Assembly (NCBI GenBank): GCA_036172245.1
Contig: JAYWIR010000005.1
Span: 1,240,001 to 1,304,000 of the forward strand
Direction of reading: 5' to 3'
Source of the DNA: Raillietiella orientalis
Taxonomy: Eukaryota
Length of the DNA: 64,000 nucleotides
Shown here: one piece after another, positions 22,881-34,190 of the stretch
Position numbering within the stretch: position 1 is the stretch's first letter
Layout: each line of letters opens with the position of its first letter
Made by a program: the position numbers and the translations under genes
The notes under the pieces: model-generated
What the model was told of the DNA's origin: nothing
The model's input: only the letters and a program-made list of their open reading frames with translations
Databases searched by the model: none

Positions 22881-24806
22881 TCGTTCTAAGAGCCGAGCAC
22901 GCGGAAAAGCTGGCTCTGGAAGGTCAGGACTCGGCAGCTGAAGGAAAGGAAGGAACGACTGGTGTCATTGTGGGTTTCCTTCTTTGTTTGGAAACGCCTT
23001 GCCTTCTGCACCATTTCAAAGATCCGTGACTTTTGGCACCGTCGGCGCTTGCATCCTCCGCGTTTGCCATCCACCTGGCTCACAACATTGCTGTCTCCGG
23101 TGCTACTGAAGGTGGCTGGCCTTACCGGTCCACTTTCGGGACCCGAGTCTCCAGACTCAGCAACACTTCTCTTGTTGTTCGTGCCGCCGACGCGCGTTCG
23201 GCCGCATCCTTGCGAAGGATCTTCGTCTCCCGGAAGCGCTCGTCCGTTTCCCCCGCTTCCGGGCAAGTAAAGTACACCCCGACCAACACCTCCCTGTGGA
23301 CCGCCCACCCCTTCGAACGCACCTTGCTCCCCCTCCCTCGAACGGCTCCTCCCCTTCTTGCTTGTTATCGTTCCTCGGAGCACTCCGATCTGCGCTCGCG
23401 CGTTCACCTTCGGTGCTGAGCGTGCGCACGACGAGGTGCGACCCAAAGTCGGCCTCTGCGTGCAGGTGCGGACAACCTCCGGGTCCCGCAGCGTTCGGAG
23501 TCTGCAGCCGGGTCTCGCTCGCTTCCGGTCTTCCTGAGCTTGAAGGAAGAGAAAGGTGCAGCAAGTTGCATCGCCTCTCGCATCTTTCTCTTTGAGGCTC
23601 CTGGCCCAGGGGAGCTTCAGCATTTTCTTTCTCAGCGCTTCCCGTCCAGCCTTGGTGTTCCTTCCGGAGCAGCTCGGAAAGTGCGCGAACCCGCAGAGGG
23701 GTGCGAGGAAACCGTCGTTGGCGATGTTAGCGCCCGTGGCGTTCTCTGACCTCTCTCTTCCTTCCCCTCTGGAAAGGCGAGCGCACCAGAAATCCACTTT
23801 CCCCTCTTTTCACATCTTCGAGGGAGGAGCTGGTAAAGCAACCAACTTCCCCTCCACCTTGTTTTCCAGAAAAGGAGAAAAGAAGGCATCTCCCCTACTG
23901 CTCTTCTTCCCTCCGGAACTTCGCTCCCGTTCTCCCTCCCCTCCTCCTGTTAAGCAGGGACGCCTGGCTCTCAAAAAGCGCAAGTGCGGCGCCTGCTGGG
24001 TCTCTGCTGACTCCCGTTTAAACGATGGACAACGAGCGTTGCAGGTGTGGCACTTCCGGGAGCGATTCCCGGGCTCTCCGATGGTCAGCCGCCCTGCAAC
24101 CAGCGTCGGCTCCACCTGTACTCCCTCGAAGGACAGACGTCGTCTCCCGAGCACCCCGGAGCTTCGACTCTCTCGCGCGCAAACGTGCTGTTCCCCGGCA
24201 ATTGGAGTGTCGATATAAGGAGAGAGACCCCGAGGGTGGTCTTTGGGCGCGGGAAACCTGCGCGTGCATCCGCTATTCCGGAAGGAGGAGGAAGGAACGC
24301 CCCGGAAACTTCAGGACTGCATGAAGTGGACACAGAAGGTTTTTCCTCCCTCTTTCTCCTTCTTGCAGGGCTCGAACGAAGCTCTTCCATGTTGCCAGAT
24401 CTGGACATCCAGAATACGGCATCCACCTTCCAGTCGGCGTCCCAAATAAGAGAGCGTGATAGTGTCGGGGGAGCATCGGACGATGGGAGGAGGGGGGAGG
24501 AAGAAGGAAGGGGGAAGACGCACTTCCGGCTGCAGAAATGATGCGCTCAGCCTCTCCTACTACAGAGCCTTTCCCGGAGGCGGGGCCGAACGCGGCCCTC
24601 CTGTTCTTTCGCGGGGTTCTCCTGCTTCCATCTTCTAGGTCGATCCCGGAAGCTTTCCAGCTGCAGCGCGCGAGCATCTGAAGAGCCCCGGAGGCTCAAG
24701 AAACTTGCCGCGCCGGGGGGACCGTTCGTTCCTGGAGACGCTCGCCGAGTAGCTTCCTTCCCGTCCTGTCTTCTAGACGTCGCGAAGCCCCGAGGGTCTC
24801 CAAGGC

Positions 24807-27719
24807 ATGGATCCGCAGCAGCTCCTGCAGGAGTACCTCCTCCTGAAAGCCCAGCAGGCGAGATTGGAGGAAGGCGTTCACCGCCTGAAGGACGAGAGCG
24901 CCGAGACCAAGGCGGAAGCGAAACAGATCGCCAAGGACGCCGAGTCCATAGAAACCGTGATTCAGGAGCGGGAAGCCCAATTGCAGGAGCAGAAAGCGGA
25001 AGCGGAAGGGTGGAAGGGGAAGATCGCGCAGGTCAGCAAAGACTACAGGAACGCCATACGGGAGGAGAGAGAACTGTCCGCGTCTAAGCAAATGGCGGAG
25101 CTGGACTTCGACTTCGACTTCGAGGTCAAGCGGTACGCGGAGCAATGCCTGAAGCTCCTGGAGCACGACGGCCCCTCCAATGCGAGCCTCACTCTGCAGA
25201 AGGAGTGCGAGGAGCTGGCGATGGACAACCAGAACTTGAAGAAGGAGAAGGAGGAGCTGAGACGGAAGATGGATGAGATGGCTACGGCTGCTGCGGCGGA
25301 GGTGAGAGCGACCTTTCCTTCCCCTTCGGATGCGTCCGTCCATCCTTCAGGGGGAGAAGGGAAAGGAGGAGGAGGAGGAAGGAAGGATGGAAAGGAGGAC
25401 GAGGGAGGGCAAAGGGAACGGGGAGGAGGGGGGCAAGGGGAGTAGATGCGCTCCTGCTCACACGCCGCTCCCGCACCCTCAGAAGGACCTCCAGCGTCGG
25501 AGTCTCCTGTTCCCAGGATCCCCGTGGAGCCCGGAAGACTCGAGCCACGTGAGACTCCTGTGCTCCTGGCTGCTCCGCGGCTGCTCGCACCTGCTGACGG
25601 CGTCGCTTCCGGGGAACCGGGAAGAGGAGGGGCGGGTGGTGGCTGAGGCGTTCCTGGAGCTGGCAGCAAAGCTGCCTGTCGGGCTGGATGCCGCGAACCT
25701 CTCGGAGGAACTTCTGGAACACTTTCCGAGCTTCCTGCTGGAGAGGGCGTGGGTCTTGGAGCACGGAGTAGAGGAACCACCTCCCGAGGTCCTGTTGCCT
25801 CCCGACGAAGAGCCCCTGACAGCGGCCATAGCAATGTCCAAGGTCTGCTTGCTCCTGCCGAGGGACTGGGTACCTCCTTGGTCTCTGGAAGCGGAGGAGG
25901 ATGTTCCGAGGGTGCCGCTCCAGTATGGGGAAGAGGAAGCTCTAGAGGAGGGCAGCGCTCCCGAGCGGGGGGGGATGGCAACAGATCGGCCCTCTTTGCC
26001 AGAAACCGAGAGGGGGGAGGAGACTGGGTCGGTCGAGGGATCCGATGCCGAGAAACGGGGAATGATGGAAATGGAGGCGAATGTCTCGGCAGCTGAAGGG
26101 GAGGGGGAAGCCACTGAACCAGCGGGACCGGCCGCAGAAACGCATGCAATGGGGACGGCAGGACAAGCACGTGCGGAGCAGGCGATCGCGACGGCACGGA
26201 GCCCTCAGGAAGTACGGTTCCCGCCGCAGGCAGAGAAGAAAGAAAGGGTGTCTCCTCTGCAGGAGGTGGGAGGGGCTGATAAAGTGAAGATGCTCTTCGG
26301 GGAGGAGGAAAGGGGGAAGAATAAAACTGGGACGTCCTCCGAAAGGGAGGGAGGGGTTGATGATGAAGTAGAGGCGCTCCCTCGAAAGGAGGAAGGGGAA
26401 GGAAGGGCCGATAAAGTAGGGATACTCCCCGAGGAAGAGGAAAGAGTAAAGGATAAAATAGGGACATCTATCGAAATGGAAGGAGGGGTTGATGAAGTAG
26501 GGGCTCTCCCCGAGGAAGAGGAAAGGGAGAAGGGTAAAATAGGGACATCCTCCGAAAGGGAGGGAGGGGTTGATGATGAAGTAGAGGCGCTCCCTCGAAA
26601 GGAGGAAGGGAAGAGAGAGGCTGATAAAGTAGGGGCGCTCCCCGAGGAAGAGGAAAGGGTAAAGGGTAAAATAGGGATACCCTTCGAAATGAAAGAAGGG
26701 GTTGATACAGTAGGGGTGCTTCCTCGAGAAGAGGAAAGAAAGGGAGGGGCTGACAAAGTAGGGGCGCTCCCCGGGGAGGAGGAAACTGAGAGAGCGGTAG
26801 ATAGAGTAGGAGTGCCCTCTGGAGTGGAAGAAAGGAGGAGGGTTAAAATAGGGATGCTACCTGAGGAGGAGAAAAAAAGGAGGGATAAAGTAGTGACATC
26901 CACGGAAAGAGAGAGAGGGACTGATAAAGTAGGGCTGACCTCCGAGGAAGAGGAAACGTCGCTGTTGGAAGACCAGGAGGAGGAGGTAGTTCTGGAGGAG
27001 AGGTCGCAGTTGGCCCCCAGGACACCCTCCGTGTCCCTGGGCGAACCAAGCAAAACCGGCAGCAAGAGGGTCGCTGCTGCCCCTTCCACCTCCACGGAGG
27101 GGCGAAGGGCCGACAGGAGGAGGCGGAGCTTGGTGCCCGCCGAGGTGAGCAGAGAGGGAGGCGCGCCGCCTCCGGAGAGCGGGACCACTCGCGAGGTCAT
27201 CTTATCTCTCAGAGGGGTAAGACAGAGAGAGCCGCATGGCACTGCAGGAGGTGGTTCGATCTGGCCCTTCCGGGACGCCACAGGACCATCCGGGAAAGCT
27301 TCCTCGGTGAGCGTGCGGTCGCCTGCGCCCGCCCGCGCACCCCCCACCACCCGCCTTCCACAGAAGCCTGCAGGGATGTCTGCGAGATCTTCACGGAGGA
27401 TCAGGAGATGGCGCCTGAGGAGGCGGAGGATTGGTCCAGGGAGATCGCGTCCGCCCTGAGAGGCGCCCGCAACGGGGAAGTTCCCGGGCAGCGGCGCCGC
27501 TCCTTCCCGTCCAGCACGTTTCCCAGGCAGCCTGCGGCTGCGCGGTGCGGCACAGCACCGCCGTTGCGCGCGGAGGGCCGCTCCCTCCCGGCCCCTCTGG
27601 GCGAGGAGGCGCGGAGGCAGCAGCAGCCGCTCCCGGACGCCGCGAGCGAAGGCGGCGCGGCGGTCAACCCGCCCCTTTCGCCTGCCGGTGCCGGAGGCTG
27701 CATCCGGCAGCGCCGCTGA
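24807..27719 (+). CDS. Uncharacterised ~868-aa protein: N-terminal coiled coil, central Glu/Gly/Lys-rich tandem repeats
   Basis: Exons 24807-25301, 25483-27144, 27213-27306 and 27364-27719 all have GT-AG boundaries, are phase-consistent and total 2607 nt. The N-terminus is heptad-like (QQLLQEYLLLKAQQARLEEGVHRLKDE...). An in-frame acceptor at 24776 suggests possible further upstream exons. Confidence 0.65.
26270..26960 (+). repeat. Coding tandem repeats (DKVGALPEEEER-like units; 213-nt higher-order duplication)
   Basis: TCCGAAAGGGAGGGAGGGGTTGATGATGAAGTAGAGGCGCTCCCTCGAAAGGAGGAAGGG recurs at 26338 and 26551 (period 213 nt = 71 aa), with recurring GATAAAGTAGGG-type units. Confidence 0.85.
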
Positions 27720-30700
27720 CGTGGCGTCCGACGACCGCGGCGCCCCGCGAGGCGGTCGTGTCAAACGCCGACGTAACAAGCCAGACTCGGGCACGACTCC
27801 GGGCAGCCGCGCCCCACACCACCCATCCGTGTACCGTTCATTTCACCCTGGCTTGCCCCGTGCCGACGGTGGCTCGGTGAGGCGGAGGAGGAGGCATCGT
27901 TCACGCAAAAGGGTCACCCGTCCTGAGGGAGCGCAGCCTGTCCGGTCACGTGGCGCGGTACACCAGCTCGCGGGCGCGCCGCACGTGTCCCGCGAGGTGC
28001 TGCCAGGAGGGCGTCACTCAACGAAGGGAGGGGGAAGGGGGCGGGGTAGCAAGGACCTTGTGTAAAGGGAGGAAAAACTCGCGTCGATGCAGCCGAGAAA
28101 GCAGTCAATCCCTAAAGCTCCTGGGATCGCCCTGACCTCGAGACGAGGGCGTTTGGCGTCCACGTTTTCCCACCACGGTGAGCACACAGTAAATCCGTGC
28201 AGTGCGTCGGCGACGACTTCCAGAACAAGCCTCGCGATGCTGGCGGTGACCTTTCGGAGACCTCGAGACGTCTGGGCAGGAGCGTGTCTTGGCCGTGCAC
28301 ACAAGGAGGCGTTCCGTGCACGCGCCGGGCCACCTTCCAAAGGAGTCCGGGGCGTGTGCGACGACCGCGCACTCAAGGGACCACAAAGAGGTGCCTGGCA
28401 CTAGGGGACGTTGGCGCGCCGGTGATCGAAACCTGGAAGGGGCAGGAGATAAACGGGACGGTGCCGCCTCACCTGCGCCTTTGCCAGCTCCGGGCAAACA
28501 AAAACAAAGGGGAATTCAAATGAAACTGGTGTCACGGAAGGGACCCCTCCAAGCGATGTCGAGCTCTTTCCTCCTGAAGCCAAAGACTCATCGGGGGTGC
28601 AGGACCCGACGCCGGCAACGCAGGGTTTTCACGATGGGACGGATTGCTGGCCGTTCGACCCTACTCGTGGAGCTCGGTGTTGAGGTTGAGCGACCGAAGG
28701 GGCGCAACACCTTCAACCAGGGTTGGACCCTACCGTTTGCTCACACGCAACTCTCCCTGCCACGAGAGGAACCCTGCGTTCTTGGAGGAGAGAAAGGAAG
28801 CAGAATCAAGTAGGGGCGGATGATGATGCACACAGAGAGAGACGGCAAGTTACATGCAAGGGAAGCAGAATTCCAGGAAGCACAACGTGGTGCCCAATGC
28901 ACCTGCAGAAGGCTGGACGAAGCATGAGCATTGTGAGGATGTACCTTGCCATCTTTTTTGTCCACGTGCTCTCTTTGCACGGGAAGGGGTGGGCTGGGTG
29001 GATTCCACCTGAAAAACTTGGTCCATGAAGTAGAAGGAAAAAAACGGGAGCAATTTTTTTCCGCGTTTCCATTCGATCGGGATCCGAGGCGTGGATGTTC
29101 GGGATCGCGTGATCCGCGGGAGAACTGCTCGCGGTTCTGGAAGGGATCTGCGAGTCACTCGTCAGATGGTGCTCACGTGGACCTCGGCATGCATACGGAA
29201 AGTAGCTGCTGACCAGCACGTCTTCTTGTAACCAACTCAGATTGTTCCGAGCAGCCGCCGTTTCTTATCGCCACATGTGGTGACCCAAGGAAGGCATGCG
29301 AAGTTTGGCCGGCTGCAGCGAAGTGCGGTGGTTTCCGACTCGCGGTTCTCGGGCAGGGCTACTAGGAACACACACAAAAAAAAACACCGAGTAGCAAAAT
29401 GGCTTTATAGCTGCGCATCTTTTGTGACGAGTGGGTGGACGTCAATCTCGCTTACAGCAACCGAGCTGCAGGAAAGACAAGAACGAAACCAACCGCCTTT
29501 TCAAGGAGAAAACCTTGCTGTCAGCGACTCGTGCAGACCTCGTAATTGGGAAAGTTAAGCAGCTTCGTGTTGGACAATGTCCAACTGTCCATCACTTGTC
29601 TCACGTTATTTGGGACCGTTCATCCATTATTTATTGATCGCATAAATTGCTTTTCCAAGAGGGAGTAGGTATTAGAAAGAGAAATGGAAGGAGGGGTCCT
29701 AAAACCATGGGATACACGGCTAAATGCTTGAAATGCGAGAAATGTGTGACGAATCCCCAATCCCTGAAGGAAACACAAGGTCCTCCGTGGATATTGCGTG
29801 CTGCCCATATCTTGGCGATCCTTCAAAACAAAGACAGAATGATCAAGTGAAGGCTGTCAAAGAAATGTGAAGAGCAGGTTATTGGGGAGTGCTCGGGAGT
29901 AATTTACAGTCAGAATGAATGCAAGCAACCTCTCCTGTGAGACGAAAGCATGTTCCATGATCCATCCTCAGTCATTTTATGGGACCAATTGACCTCAACG
30001 TGGGCGAGTTTGGAATTTGGAAAGCATCAAAAAAGCATATCGCGGCCTCCGGACTGCGAATGAAGGGAGACGATCTTATGTGAAGTCATGGTGCCAAGCA
30101 CAACAAGAGTGAGACGATATGCAGCTGGAGGCTCTTCAGATGTCTTGCTGATTTTCAAGAAAAAGTCCTCGCCGTGACATAGAAGAGGCCATCTTTGCAG
30201 ACTGAAATGAAAACCGCGGCCTCTTTGCCAACGAGTCCTTAAAGCCTAAAAGTATGGATTCCTCGGGATCACTACTGAGCAGGAAACTGAGTTTGTGACT
30301 TTCAAGGGCATGTCAATGCGAAGATACCACGCAAAGACTGTTTGAATTGCGGAGGAGGGGGAGCAGGGAAGGCATTATAATCTACGGTCGGTCCTCCTAC
30401 TGGATGAGAGATGGCAGCAATCTTTTCAATCCGAGATTGAAGATTCGAAGGTCTTGCTGCTCTATCTCAAAACTGCCAACGCAGAGCTGGTGCTTCTCAG
30501 ATAGCAACAGAGGTGTGATCATTGCACGCCAAACAGAAACCCGGGGTCTGTCTCGCAGGAAAATTTGAGCTTCCAGTCGATTGTATATTTCTTTCTTTAT
30601 GTAAGAAACATCAGCGTTGGAGTGATTAAACTCCAGTGTGTTAGGATAGGTTGGAAATCTGCATGGGCAGCAGCGGACAGAGAAAGAGAAATATTAAGTT

Positions 30701-32245
30701 ACTTGTTGCTTTAGCAGATAAACCTGACTGTCCTCGATGACGAGAGAAGGAAAAGAAAAAAATAATAATGGATACGCTGCATTCAGCTAGGGTTAGCATC
30801 TCCAGGAAAGTCACCAAGCCGAGTTGGAGAAGGCAAGATGTTACTGGTGAAAGGGCAAGGATGCATAATCACTGTTAATGCTAAGGGAATCATTGCTATG
30901 TTTTTTATTTGGGCTTGGACTGTTGGAAAACCGAAGGCAGCACGGGTGAAAGAAGGACGTAGACTGAACTTAATCCTTGTTTCTCACACAGACATCAAAA
31001 GTCGCTTGGTGTGTATATATATTTTTTTCCCCTGACTTCGAGACATTTGGAGGCGAAAATCGATTTGTTGTCGAGGTTCCGGCGGCCAAAGGGTAAGGAG
31101 AGGAGCTCACAGTGAAATGTCCAGCAACCGCAGAAAAGTGCAAAAAGGAAATTAAGGCTAAGGGAGTTCTGGACGTAGGAAGGGGGAAATACTAAATACC
31201 CAAAATCGTGAATTATTTTTTACACATTTGAGACTTTGCACGACCCTGGCAAGCGTTAGCAGTGTTTTCAGTCGCATATGGTTTTGTTTTTGTGTACCTC
31301 AGAATTCCTTTCTTATAGTTTGTTTCTTTTTGACAGAGTTCGTACTGAATCGCCTGCTCGGGATTCTCCCCTCAGGGTTGCGCAGGAGCAGCTCATCACA
31401 AAAATCGAAATCCCTCAACGTATGTACGATTCGTTGGAGATCTTGCATGTTCCATTTGTTCGTAATGCTTGGCTTGATGAATGAATGTGCATTGTTTGTA
31501 CAAAACATCCAAAAACAAAAAATAAAGAAAAAATAAGATACGATAACGAGCCAACAGCGACTGGCGACGCTGATGGGGGGATGTGGCAACGATGAACCCC
31601 TGCACTTCAAATCTGTCGATGACACGAACTCGATGTTCGTGCTATTATCAGTACGCGAGCGGGCTAAAAGGATTGACTACAAGCGGGCGTGACAGTTTCG
31701 GGCATTTTTGCAAATCCCGTATTCCCAGAATGGTAAGGAAGGGGTGAGCGCCTGGCCAGAGCTGCGTTCGAAACGGGGAAACCGTTTCGTAGCGACTGCT
31801 CCGGGGCTCAATCAGAGCTCGTGACCACCGGCGCGAAGCGTGCGAGTCACGTGCGTACCCTTAGTCAAGTGGGATTCGTTTTTCCCTCCCCCAAGTTTCC
31901 GTTACGAAAAATCGATGAAAAAAGGCCCATGTCGTTTACCGAAGTGAATAACATTCGATGGAGCTGAAGTTCTGTCGTCATGCGGGTCCCTGTGATGTTC
32001 CTTTGAAGAGGTGAGGCGGTGGTTTTGACCCCGGTGCCCTGGAAGCTTCGTTCGAGCTTGTGCTACTACGCCGCCGAACTCCCCGCATTCGCAATCCCTT
32101 GCCATTCCAAACTGCAGCCAGTTTCCGTGCACGAAGCCCAAATCATTTGTGTGTTTGCGTATTTCGAATGAAATCGTGGGAAAATGTCAGCCAGGCAGTA
32201 CCCACCGTAAATACATAACCTTTCCCTCAAGCACGTGAATGTGGA

Positions 32246-33373
32246 ATGGTTCAAGCAACCATAAAGGGACAGTGGATTTGTATTTTTGCGCTCTCCATCA
32301 CGCTGGTGTTTGTGCTAGCCTGGTGCAGCATGTACATGAAACCCCATGGTGAATTTCTAAACGTACATACATTAACAAATAAGATAAGTAAAGTGAAATC
32401 TGCAAACTCAAAAGATCCAAGATCCACTGTCAACAACAGCAGCCCCTTGCACATCGCATTTATTTTCATTAAAGCAGACTGGAATTTGAAAGAAAAACTG
32501 CGAAATGCCGTAAAATCGATACTTCGTTACTGGAAACAGACCCAGCCAGTGTGTTTACACCTTTTAACAGATGAAATTAGCAAAGGGAAGGCACAGCAAT
32601 TGGTGCAGCAACTAACTACCCCTTTTCAAAATCATACTGATGGGAATGGGCAATTCATGCTGCAGTTATTCGTTCATGATCTCTTATCTCTCCTGCAGCC
32701 ATACCAACAGCAGATTGCATACCTGCAAAAGTATTTCTCTCCTGGCAACTCATATTATGCACATAAACTCTTCTTTGCATCCCTGTTCTTACATAAAATT
32801 ACCTCTCTACCACAGTTACTGCTTCTGGATGTTGATGTAGAATTGCGAGCACCAGTTGAAGTCCTATACAATCATTTTAATTTATTTCTCAACACGAATG
32901 TGTGGGGTATGGCCCCTGAACTAAGTCCTGTATACTACCATTTGCTAACAAATTATAGACAGTCTCATGCCAATACATCCATTGGATTGCCCCATATCCA
33001 GGGTGATCCAGGTGTTAACAGTGGTGTCTTATTATTGCATCTTGATCGCTTGCGGCACCTTGGAACTAAATGGGAGCAACTTATTTCAGAAGAACACATA
33101 GCAAATTTGTGTCATGAATTTGGGCTGCATGGACATCTTGGGGATCAAGACTTATACAGTTTATGGGGATGGACCCAGTCCCATTTACTATACAGGCTAC
33201 CTTGCAACTGGAATCGTCAGTTGTGTCGTTGGTGGCAAAGTCACGGATATAAAGATTTATTTGAGCTGTTTCATCAGTGCCCTGACCCAATTCATTTATA
33301 TCATGCCAACTGTAACAGTGCCTTTCCTCAAAATTCACAACTGCCATCATATGTTAGCATTGTCCCTGGCTAA
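32246..33373 (+). CDS. XXYLT1: Xyloside xylosyltransferase 1 (GT8 family, type II membrane protein), 375 aa, intronless CDS
   Basis: N-terminal TM helix ([18 protein letters not shown]), DxD motif [50 protein letters not shown] and HANCNS, all matching XXYLT1 signature motifs. Confidence 0.93.
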   Translation: MVQATIKGQWICIFALSITLVFVLAWCSMYMKPHGEFLNVHTLTNKISKVKSANSKDPRSTVNNSSPLHIAFIFIKADWNLKEKLRNAVKSILRYWKQTQPVCLHLLTDEISKGKAQQLVQQLTTPFQNHTDGNGQFMLQLFVHDLLSLLQPYQQQIAYLQKYFSPGNSYYAHKLFFASLFLHKITSLPQLLLLDVDVELRAPVEVLYNHFNLFLNTNVWGMAPELSPVYYHLLTNYRQSHANTSIGLPHIQGDPGVNSGVLLLHLDRLRHLGTKWEQLISEEHIANLCHEFGLHGHLGDQDLYSLWGWTQSHLLYRLPCNWNRQLCRWWQSHGYKDLFELFHQCPDPIHLYHANCNSAFPQNSQLPSYVSIVPG

Positions 33374-34190
33374 CAGTGTTTGTCGTTGCACACCTTCTTC
33401 ACTGATAGTAGCTATGTTCACAATACCACCACTAGATCCATCACGAGCCATAGCAAGTGATAAAGCTGAAAAAATTGTTAATAGTAAGCAAAGAAATACA
33501 ATTCATACTTTGATGCACAAAATTTCGGCACTGTTCTGCATCCATTTCAGGTTGATAAAGTGCATCTACATATCCATAGATGTAAGAAGAGCCAGAACCC
33601 CCAACTGCAACTGACTGCCTAGTACACATACCACCCAATGGTATGGCATACACTTGACCTCCAAGTAAAGCATCCCAGCCAGCTACTATAATGCTTGCTG
33701 TGAGTGATTCTCGATTAGTATAGCAAAGGTCTTGAATGACCTGAGCAGCTGCTTTCACCAAGGTTGGCTCATTTAGAACAATTCTGCATGTCACATTAGA
33801 GCTCATATCTTAAGATATCACCTACTCTTGAAATTTCAAGTGGTATGCAGCAGAAGCCACAATAGCTTGTGTGTCAGAGGAACTTCCTGAACGGCAACAG
33901 TAGATGAATTCTGTCACTTTTGTTAGTTTGTCAGCCATACGATTGGCTACATAAGCACTGGAATTACTTTGTTATGGAAAACACTGAAGCTTACGTCATA
34001 CCCTGTGGTACTTCTGGAATCTGCTCCAATGACTACACCACCATCAAACTCAACTGCCATAATAGAAGTCTACAATGCTCATACTTGATCAGCAGATTGA
34101 AAAAAAAGGTATACAGACCCCTGTCAAGTGCTCCGGGAAGTTTTGTGGAATCCAAGTTCCTTCCACAGCCTGTCCACTAATTGCAACCAT
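33347..34190 (-). CDS. PSMB6: Proteasome subunit beta type-6 (beta1, caspase-like), 221 aa
   Basis: Minus-strand exons 34190-34119, 34069-34002, 33957-33826, 33783-33509 and 33465-33347, with introns of 49, 44, 42 and 43 nt. Translation: propeptide ...[28 protein letters not shown]...DKLTK...CCRSGS..DTQ...IIVAGWD...[13 protein letters not shown]...[10 protein letters not shown]. Confidence 0.95.

Noticed and set aside
25043..27794. Long minus-strand ORFs (474 aa and 529 aa)
   Set aside because: Pro/Ser/Leu-rich antisense shadows of the purine-rich + strand repeat exon.
28000..31700. Coding-like fragments and isolated splice-like sites (e.g. about 31337-31419; CxxC motifs near 29725 and 30340)
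   Set aside because: Frequent stops, no consistent exon chain and no recognisable family. It may be a decayed gene or element but is not callable.
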